NCBI GenBank assembly: GCA_050246115.1
Contig: JBFWWP010000023.1
Location: forward strand, 24,278-88,277
DNA from: Planctomycetota bacterium
GTDB taxonomy: Bacteria; Planctomycetota; UBA8108; UBA1146; JAJFFE01
Reading direction: 5' to 3'
DNA: 64,000 bases
Shown in pieces: positions 56,747 through 64,000 of this stretch. Position numbers and translations under genes: made by a program. The notes beneath the pieces are model-generated. The model saw only the letters and a list, made by a program, of their open reading frames with translations. It did not search any database and had not been told where the DNA came from. Position 1 is the first letter of the stretch; each line of letters opens with the position of its first letter.

Positions 56747-58521
56747 GAGAAGCTGATCCTCGGGTCCACGACTGCGTACAGCAGGTCGGACAGCAAGATG
56801 CCGATCATGGTCAGAACCGCGACGAGCAGCGTAATGCCGATGATCACGTTCAGATCCCGCTGAAAAATGGAGTTCACGGTCAGCAGCCCGAAGCCGGGGA
56901 TCGAGAAGATCCACTCAATGATGAACGCGCCGCCGACAATCGTCGGTAAGGTGGTCCCGAGCAGGGTAATGACCGGGATGATCCCGTTGCGTCCAGCGTG
57001 CTTCACGGTCACCGTGAACTCGCTGAGCCCTTTGGCTCTGGCGGTGCGAACATAGTCGCTGCGCAGTACGTTCATGAGGCCGGACTTTGCGTAGCGGCTC
57101 AGGGCGGCGAACGAGCCGTAGGTCATGCAGATGATCGGTGCCACCACGTGCCACGCCACATCCTTCACATACGCGGTCGTGCTCAAGCGCCATGCGTTGA
57201 TGTCCGCGAAGCCCCCGTCTGGGATCCACTCGAACGAACCGGGCTGTCCCTTCGCGAGGTAGCGCACGAGCAAGGTTGCCACGAAGAACGAAGGCAACGA
57301 GTACAGCCCGAACACGAACAGCGAAAGGGCGCGCTCGGCCCAGCTGCCATGGATGCGTGCGCTGAGCATGCCGAGCGGCACGGCGACGAGATACGCGAGG
57401 AGTAGCGACGTGACCGACAGCGTGAGGGAGTACTTGAGTTTCTCGAGGATCAGCGTCACGACCGGCATCTTGTATTGGGTCGAGTAGCCGAGGTCCAAGC
57501 GCAACAGATTGCCCCAATACTGGGCGAAACGAGTCTCCAGGAACAGGACCCGTGCCCAGCCAGAGCCGCTGTAGTCCCACCGCTGGGCGGACCCGAACCA
57601 CCAGTCCTCGAGCAACTGCATTCCCGCCTGCTGGCGCGACGGCGGATCACTGGCTTGCCAGCGGATCCGTTCGAACGCCGTCTGGTGGAGGCGCCGGAAC
57701 TCGGCAGCGACGGGATCGCTCGCGGGGTCTACCGTGAGACTCGCCGTCAGGCTCGACGCGAGGCGTTCGAGCGCGCGCTCGCGACGTGTCTCGTCCGCCA
57801 GCGCGATGGCGACCAGCGCCGACACGTCGGAGCGGGCGCCGGCCGCCTCTGGGAGTGGTGGCTGATCCAACTCCTGCGCGATGCGATCTTGCTCGGCCGG
57901 TGTCACCGCCGGGAACTGATCCTGGCTCCCGTGGAACCAGGCCCGAAAGGCAAGTACCCCCGCTTGCTTGCGAACCTCGGAGTCGCCGGCGTTCCACCGA
58001 TACAGGTCGAGAATCTCGTTCTCGATGACGATCTCCGCGTTGCGGCGCGATGTCTCTGGGTCGAGGCGACCCGTTTCCGCGCCGACGGCCACCCGTTGGG
58101 CGGACTTGACGAGCCATGACATCGCGGTGTCACGCAGCGCCACATCGGTTCCAGCGACGAACGAGTGCAGCGCTGGCACCGCGTAGTAGCCCCACCGAAT
58201 GAGCTGCTCTTGCGCGTCGCTGCGCACTTTGACTTCCGCGGCGCGGTCGTTCGCGTCGAGGAGTTTCTTGCGTACTTCCTCAGCGGTGAGTTTGTAGTAC
58301 GGGTTCAGCACCGCCGGTCGATCGAGTCCGTACTGGGCGCGGAACACTTTGACGGACTGACTGAGTCCTCCCGCATCGCCGGTGCTCTTGCCTTCGGCAC
58401 CGGGTGCCTGGGCAGCGATCGGCGGCTCGGGCGCGCACGTCAGGATGACCCAGACTACCAGCGACACACCGAAGAGCGTGGGAATCATCAGCAGGAGCCG
58501 CTTGATGACGTAGGTTCTCAA
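56743..58521 (-). CDS. oppB: Oligopeptide-type ABC permease OppB/DppB with large duplicated insertion
   Basis: YVIKRLLLMIPTL, YGLDRP, LDLGYS, DYVRTARAKGL, DLLYAVVDPRI; TTG start overlapping oppA stop. Confidence 0.88.
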   Translation of the reverse strand: MRTYVIKRLLLMIPTLFGVSLVVWVILTCAPEPPIAAQAPGAEGKSTGDAGGLSQSVKVFRAQYGLDRPAVLNPYYKLTAEEVRKKLLDANDRAAEVKVRSDAQEQLIRWGYYAVPALHSFVAGTDVALRDTAMSWLVKSAQRVAVGAETGRLDPETSRRNAEIVIENEILDLYRWNAGDSEVRKQAGVLAFRAWFHGSQDQFPAVTPAEQDRIAQELDQPPLPEAAGARSDVSALVAIALADETRRERALERLASSLTASLTVDPASDPVAAEFRRLHQTAFERIRWQASDPPSRQQAGMQLLEDWWFGSAQRWDYSGSGWARVLFLETRFAQYWGNLLRLDLGYSTQYKMPVVTLILEKLKYSLTLSVTSLLLAYLVAVPLGMLSARIHGSWAERALSLFVFGLYSLPSFFVATLLVRYLAKGQPGSFEWIPDGGFADINAWRLSTTAYVKDVAWHVVAPIICMTYGSFAALSRYAKSGLMNVLRSDYVRTARAKGLSEFTVTVKHAGRNGIIPVITLLGTTLPTIVGGAFIIEWIFSIPGFGLLTVNSIFQRDLNVIIGITLLVAVLTMIGILLSDLLYAVVDPRISFS

Positions 58522-60722
58522 GGCCGCGCTTTCCAGCGGAACATGAGGCGGCGATCGAGGTGGGGCGGATTCTGGCGCGCCTCGGGGAGCCGCCAATCGG
58601 CTTGGAAGATCACGGGCGAGTGGACCGACCAGATCCAGGTGTAGGGTTGAGCTTCGAACTCCATGTCGTACCAACGGTTCATGAGTTCGATGCGAGTGGG
58701 GTAATCGAAGGCCTTGTCGAGTTGCGCGAAGATCTTGTCGGCCTCGGGGTTGGCGTAGCCCGGGTAGTTGTTCGAAGCGACCTCGTCTACCTTGGAGGAG
58801 TCCCAGAGCTGCCGCGGGTCGGAGTCGAAGCCAGCGGTCCAGAAGATGACGAAGCCGTCGAAGGTGCGGTCGTGAATCTGCCGCGACCACAGTGCGGACT
58901 CCGCCGGGTTGGGGCTCATCTTGACGCCGATCTTGAGCAGGTCTTCCTTGTACATCTGGCAGATCTGCACCTGATCCGGCGAACTCGACGAAATCAGCAG
59001 CTGGAACTCGAAGTCGAGCTTGGTGCCGTCCACGACTTTGTCGCGGACGCCGTCGCCGTCGGTGTCCACCCAGCCGGCCTCTTGCAGCAGCCGCGCGGCC
59101 TCCGCGAGGTCGAACGGCAATGGCTTTCGTTCCGGATTGAAGTAAGGACTGAAGACCGACTCGCCGATGGGGATCACCTCGCCGAGCCCGTAGAAGAACT
59201 TCTCCGGCACCGCATACCGGTTGAGGGCGAGTGTGAGGGCGCGGCGCACCGTCGCTTCCTTGAACAGCGGCTTGCGCATGTTCCAGCCGAAGCCACCGTA
59301 CGTCGGGCGCCGCCAGATGTAGTAGCAGTGCTTCCACGTCGACGGCGCCGGGCGGTCGCGGTCTTCGAAGTTGTAGACCGGACGCTGTTCATCGCCCTCG
59401 AGTACGAAGGTCCGATACTGCTCGGGGTTCAGGATGTTGAGGGTGATCTTGTCGTTCCAGAACGCTGCCAAACGGTTGTCGTCGTCGCGGATGATGTTGA
59501 CCACGTACTCACGACAAGTGGGGCGGTCGAGGTGGTAGCTGTTGTTGCGAACACACCGGATGTACTGGCCGAGCGCGTACTCGACGAACCGATAGGGACC
59601 GTTGCCGCACATGGAACTCGAGAACCAGTGCTTGCCGAACTGCGCGTAGACATCGGCTTCCGGATAGCGGTTGCCCGACGGGTCGTACGCCCAAATGTGC
59701 TCGGGCAACGGTTGCAGCTCGAGGGTCGAAGCGCGGTTGTAGAAGCGAGTTTCCTTCCAAGTCACCTTCACGGTGTAGTCATCCACGAGCTCAACGCTGT
59801 CGATCGGCTCATAGAACACTTTGAGCGGTGTCGGCGTGTTGGCATTTCGCAGCAGGTCGTAGGTGAACTTCACGTCGTGTGCGGTGACGTAGTGATCGCC
59901 CGCCAGGAACGGGTGCGCGGCCAGCATCTTGGGTTCGGGGTCGTGCCACCGAAGACCCGGACGCAGATAGATCATGTACACCCGACGGTCGGGGCTCTCT
60001 TCGATGCGCGAGGCGAGTTTGGCATTCCACTCTTGGACATCGGTCGTCTTCCGCTCGGCGAGCCAGTCGTGCACGTAGTACGACAAGGCCGCGACGGTAA
60101 CGGTGCGATCGTCGCTGTAGAAGTTCAGTCCTTTCGGCTCCCCGGCCACGTAGTCGTTGAGGACCGCCTCCCAGTCGACTTGCTCCGGCGGCGGCAGGTC
60201 GCGCTTGGGGTCGGCGTTGGTCTTCTCGTCACACAAGACCGTCCACCCCGGGTTGTACGGGTAGACCTGAACCCCGGCGATGACGGACGGTTGACTCGTG
60301 CGATCCTCCGCTCGACTTGCGCTTTGGATGGGCCGCTTGGGGCGAGCGCCAGCCGAGTTCGCGGGGGCCGTGGCGCCACCGCTGCTGTCCCCGGGTCGTG
60401 CACCGCCAAGGAGCCCCTCGCGCGCGAGTCGCACCAGCGTGTCGAAGTGCTGGCTGGTCTCGGCGGCGCGGTCACGGGTTGCGCGTAGGTCTTCTTGCAG
60501 TCGCTCGATCGACCCGTCGACCTTGCGCTCGAGCTGGCCGACCGAGGACTCGACCGTGCGCTTCAGTGTGTTGACCGACGTGTCCTGCGACTGCACTTGG
60601 TCGTGAAGCCGAACGAGCTTCTCTTCCATGCCCTGATACTGAATGAAGCCAAGACCCACCACCACCGCGGTGGCGGTGAGGCCGACGATGAGGAGCGCGC
60701 TGAGGAGGGGGTTGTTTTGCAT
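58518..60722 (-). CDS. oppA: Family 5 ABC substrate-binding protein with N-terminal TM anchor and coiled-coil stalk
   Basis: LRPGLRWHD, VTAHDVKFT, GNGPYRF, VRRALTLALNR, ARLLQEAGW, NNYPGYANPEAD. Confidence 0.88.
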   Translation of the reverse strand: MQNNPLLSALLIVGLTATAVVVGLGFIQYQGMEEKLVRLHDQVQSQDTSVNTLKRTVESSVGQLERKVDGSIERLQEDLRATRDRAAETSQHFDTLVRLAREGLLGGARPGDSSGGATAPANSAGARPKRPIQSASRAEDRTSQPSVIAGVQVYPYNPGWTVLCDEKTNADPKRDLPPPEQVDWEAVLNDYVAGEPKGLNFYSDDRTVTVAALSYYVHDWLAERKTTDVQEWNAKLASRIEESPDRRVYMIYLRPGLRWHDPEPKMLAAHPFLAGDHYVTAHDVKFTYDLLRNANTPTPLKVFYEPIDSVELVDDYTVKVTWKETRFYNRASTLELQPLPEHIWAYDPSGNRYPEADVYAQFGKHWFSSSMCGNGPYRFVEYALGQYIRCVRNNSYHLDRPTCREYVVNIIRDDDNRLAAFWNDKITLNILNPEQYRTFVLEGDEQRPVYNFEDRDRPAPSTWKHCYYIWRRPTYGGFGWNMRKPLFKEATVRRALTLALNRYAVPEKFFYGLGEVIPIGESVFSPYFNPERKPLPFDLAEAARLLQEAGWVDTDGDGVRDKVVDGTKLDFEFQLLISSSSPDQVQICQMYKEDLLKIGVKMSPNPAESALWSRQIHDRTFDGFVIFWTAGFDSDPRQLWDSSKVDEVASNNYPGYANPEADKIFAQLDKAFDYPTRIELMNRWYDMEFEAQPYTWIWSVHSPVIFQADWRLPEARQNPPHLDRRLMFRWKARP

Positions 60723-61039
60723 GCCGCTAAGGGTAGGGCCAGGCGCGGGACCCGTCAACCTGGCCGATCCGGCTTTGACAAAGGGTTGCGGAGCTCCGAC
60801 GAAGCGGAGGTTCGATGGGCTCGCGGGCCCGGCGGCCGGCCGGGAGAAGTCGCTGTGAGGCGATCGTGCGGGTCGATTCGTCTCGTGATCGTCGCGTCGC
60901 CGGGTTGCGCGGAAAGGCGCCAAGAGCCTTCGTCCGCCGCGGGCTTGCGGAATCCGGGCTCCAGGGGCTCATGCGGAAGCCGCGGCGGCGCCGATGGTGT
61001 AGCTGTCGGTCATCGGAGGGCACGGCGAAAGGAGCAGCA

Positions 61040-61456
61040 GTGGCCGGGACTGTGAACCGGGACGCGTCCGACGCGAGTCCCCTGGCTCGGAGCGGGGTGC
61101 TTCTCCTCGCCTTGGCGGGCGTAGCCGCGATCTTCTGGTCGAGTCGCGATCCGTCGGCGATCGAGGTGCGCCCGCCACGGATCGAAGTGCCACTCACCCG
61201 GGCCGGCGTCTTCGCCGGGTTGCGGACGCCGTACTTGGTGCTGGCCGTGCCCCCCTCGGGACCCACGTCACTACGCCTCGACGAGACCAGCGAAGGTCCC
61301 GAAGTCGCCCTCGCGCTCGACCTGGATCACAACGGTGTGGCTACGGAGAACGAATGTTTGGCGACAGGTCAAGCGCTCGTCGTCGACGGGGAGCGCGTCC
61401 GGTTCGTGGGGTTGGATGGGGGCGGATCGACCGCGGTCTTCGAGCGCATCGAGTAA
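61040..61456 (+). CDS. Small membrane-anchored hypothetical protein
   Basis: AAAGGAG RBS before GTG; TM VLLLALAGVAAIFW; EF-hand-like DLDHNGVATENE. Confidence 0.5.
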   Translation: MAGTVNRDASDASPLARSGVLLLALAGVAAIFWSSRDPSAIEVRPPRIEVPLTRAGVFAGLRTPYLVLAVPPSGPTSLRLDETSEGPEVALALDLDHNGVATENECLATGQALVVDGERVRFVGLDGGGSTAVFERIE

Positions 61457-61483
61457 GGGCTGGCCGACGTCCGAGGGCCAACC

Positions 61484-61526
61484 AAAAAGAGAAGGAAGCA
61501 GCCCGGAGGGTGGGGCTGCTTCCTTC
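61484..61526 (-). terminator. Intrinsic terminator
   Basis: gaaggaagcagcc / ggctgcttccttc stem with a T-tract on the minus strand. Confidence 0.75.
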
Positions 61527-61599
61527 GAAGAGTGGCGCTACTCGGGTCCGCGCACGAGGGGGTGGGGGTGGCGATGAGGGCGTACGAGGGCGTGGCGGG

Positions 61600-64000
61600 T
61601 CACGGACCACAAGAGAGCGCGTCGGCAGTGGGATCGACGTCGGCAGTCGGGAAGGGGAGAGCGGGGGCGGCGCCGACGCCGAAGAGGAAGTTGTTCAGAT
61701 AGGTGCTGTCGCTGATATCGACGACGCCGTCGTCGTTCACGTCGGCGGCGTCCAAGCACGTGGGCGCCGCGGCGCCGCTGAAGAGGTAGTTCACCAACCG
61801 GGTGCCGTCGGCAATGTCGACGGCACCATCTTGGTTCACGTCTCCGCGCAAGAACGTGGCGCCGGTCGGCGGCGTCGAGGCGGTGATGCTGACCGTGCCG
61901 GCCTCGAGCTGTGGGTCCACCGAGATGCCCGCGACCACGAAGATCGTGTCTGCGGACGGCGTACCCAAGTCGTTGCTCGGTGCGAGGGTCGTGTCGCCGG
62001 TCGGAGCCGTGGCCGCAATGCTCGCGGTGCCCACCGCGATCACATGATCGGTCGCGGGCGCGAGCTGCTGGCCGTCGTAGGGCGGCAGGAAGTCGAAGAT
62101 CGCTGCGAGGATGGCGACTCCCTGGACGTTGTCGATCTGCGGGATCTCGAACTCGACGCCGATGTTGCCGGCGTTGGTGCCGGCGGTGGTGATCGCGTCC
62201 AAGGTCAGCCGGCTCGGGTCGTAGCCGAGAACCAATGTGAAGCCGTCGAGCACTACGTTGTGGTCGGCGGTGACCACGATGCCGACTCCGGTGTCGCCGG
62301 CGTTGGCTTGGACGTCTTCGACGCGCACGATGTTGTCGATCGACGGCACCACCGGGGTGCCGTGGCCGATCTCGAGGTCGCCGGTTTCGAGGAGCAGCGC
62401 GACGTCGAGCGAACCGTCGCCATTCACGTCGCCGAGCGCGAGCTGAGCCAGTGGGGCCGACGTCGTCTGCACGGTGGCCGTGGCAAAGGTGCCATCGCCT
62501 TGGCCCGCAAAGATCGTGACCTCCGCGCTCGCGGCCGCAAAGGACAGCAGGTCCATGTCTCCGTCCCCGTTCCAGTCGGCGACGGTGGTGGTCGGAGCAG
62601 ACGCGTCGATGGGCAGGGCGACTTCGGTGAACACGCCGCCGCCCTCGGTGATGAAGGCCCGTCCCGCGACCCCGGTGTCGTTCCAACACAGGAGGTCGGC
62701 GAAGGCGTCACCGTTGAGGTTCGCGCGGCTGACGGCACTCACGCTGGCGCCGCTCGCCAGGGTCGGCCCGGTGCGGAACGTTCCCGCCGAGCTGCCGAAC
62801 AGGATCTGCACCGAGCCGTCGGCGACAGCGCACGCGAGATCCGGGAAGTCGTCGCCGTCGAAGTCCGCCGACACGGCTGGCGCGACCGCCATCAGCGTCG
62901 TCACGGAGCGCGACGCGGCGAACGGCACCGAACCCGACCCGGCAAGGATTCGGGCTCCCGCCTCGGCGGTCGCGGGCACCAGGAACAAGTCGGGGAAGCG
63001 GTCACCATCGAAGTGGTCGACGCCCAGCCGGCCGGCCAAGTACGGCCCGAAGTCGATCGTCTGGACCGCGCCGAACGTCGACGCGGTGGCGCTGCCGAGA
63101 AGGTAGTCGATTCGATCTCGTGACGCCGCGAGGCACGCCAGGTCCATGCGCCCGTCCCCGTTGAAGTCGCCCACTACCGAGTCGACGACTGGGCGGGGTA
63201 GCAGGAGCGTCGTGGGCGTGCTCACGGTTCCGGAGTCGAGTCCTTGCACCGACACGGCGCCGGTTGCGTCGACCAGCAGCCACTCGTCGCGCCCGTCGCG
63301 ATCGAGGTCGACCAGGTGGACCCGAGTCTCGGTGGTGGCGGGCAGAGTCGCGAGCGGTGCTGCGGGCCACTCGGAGGCGACGTTCGCCGCGGTGAAGGCG
63401 AGCAGCGCGGCCGGCGCCGTGACCATTTGGATCGACGCGAGAGAGTTCACGGCGATGTGGATACGTTCGCCGGCGAGGAATGCGCGGTCGACCGTGAAGC
63501 GTACGTTACCGGTGCCGCCGAACACGTTGTCGAAGGTCAGCGTGCGGAGGCCGCTGCGTTCGCCGATCACCTGGATGGTGCTGGCGCCGACGGTGAAGGG
63601 ATTGAACGGACTCGAGTACGCCAGTTGAATGGCGGTCAGTCGCGGGGCGTCGGTTGCTTCGAACGTGGGAGACATCGAGTCGAGCGTGAACGGCGTCGGT
63701 GGGATCACTGGCGTTGCGTACACGGTGAACGTGGATACGAACTGCTTCAGCTTCTTGCCCGACAGGGATAGAACTCGATCGCTCAGCGCGACCGTGACGG
63801 TTTCGCCCGCCGTGAACGCGCGTTCGACGACATAGGTCGCCTCCTGCTTGCTGGCGTTGTACGCGATGACGCCGAGGTGGTTGCCGCTGTCGCTCCCGGT
63901 CACTCGAAACGTCTCGGTGTTGATGGTGCTCGCCTGCATGGGGCGGTCGAACGCGATGGTCACGGTGTTCACGTCGGCGGCGGCGACCGCACCCGGTGCC
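61600..64000 (-). CDS. Surface protein: Ig-like (Big_5) domains, FG-GAP/VCBS repeats, cohesin-like domain, C-terminal dockerin-like domain; 5'-truncated
   Basis: VTIAFDRPM..STIN, F.AGE...V; GDFNGDGRMDLA repeats; LDGFTLVLGYDP...ILAAIFD cohesin-like unit; FLRGDVNQDG...CLDAADVNDDG...DPT. Confidence 0.8.
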   Translation of the reverse strand, partial: APGAVAAADVNTVTIAFDRPMQASTINTETFRVTGSDSGNHLGVIAYNASKQEATYVVERAFTAGETVTVALSDRVLSLSGKKLKQFVSTFTVYATPVIPPTPFTLDSMSPTFEATDAPRLTAIQLAYSSPFNPFTVGASTIQVIGERSGLRTLTFDNVFGGTGNVRFTVDRAFLAGERIHIAVNSLASIQMVTAPAALLAFTAANVASEWPAAPLATLPATTETRVHLVDLDRDGRDEWLLVDATGAVSVQGLDSGTVSTPTTLLLPRPVVDSVVGDFNGDGRMDLACLAASRDRIDYLLGSATASTFGAVQTIDFGPYLAGRLGVDHFDGDRFPDLFLVPATAEAGARILAGSGSVPFAASRSVTTLMAVAPAVSADFDGDDFPDLACAVADGSVQILFGSSAGTFRTGPTLASGASVSAVSRANLNGDAFADLLCWNDTGVAGRAFITEGGGVFTEVALPIDASAPTTTVADWNGDGDMDLLSFAAASAEVTIFAGQGDGTFATATVQTTSAPLAQLALGDVNGDGSLDVALLLETGDLEIGHGTPVVPSIDNIVRVEDVQANAGDTGVGIVVTADHNVVLDGFTLVLGYDPSRLTLDAITTAGTNAGNIGVEFEIPQIDNVQGVAILAAIFDFLPPYDGQQLAPATDHVIAVGTASIAATAPTGDTTLAPSNDLGTPSADTIFVVAGISVDPQLEAGTVSITASTPPTGATFLRGDVNQDGAVDIADGTRLVNYLFSGAAAPTCLDAADVNDDGVVDISDSTYLNNFLFGVGAAPALPFPTADVDPTADALSCGP

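Overview
GC-rich bacterial chromosome segment, most likely an uncultured Planctomycetota lineage (inferred from protein families, not from a marker gene). Housekeeping genes include ccmABCD, trxA, trxB, folE, a mutT-like NUDIX, pduO-type adenosyltransferase, mqnC, asnB, dcd, class II ribonucleotide reductase nrdJ and an Opp-type ABC importer. They are interleaved with nine secreted proteins carrying a Cys-rich dockerin-like module (F-x-R-G-D-x-N-x-D-G...), three of which also carry cohesin-like domains. This suggests a non-cellulosomal cohesin-dockerin surface assembly loaded with beta-propeller/adhesin-type cargo. Other highlights: a signal-less cholera/pertussis-type (R-S-E) ADP-ribosyltransferase directly downstream of nrdJ-dcd; a ~630-nt structured nrdJ leader with NrdR boxes and a DnaA box; a MEMO1-like protein lacking its metal ligands, coupled to mqnC; two copies of a 179/180-bp MITE, one splitting a minor-pilin cluster; a two-block intergenic repeat whose first block is inverted between copies; and a 1999-bp-period tandem gene duplication. 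No rRNA, tRNA, CRISPR array, transposase or integrase was seen. All family calls are from motif recognition by eye, without database searches.
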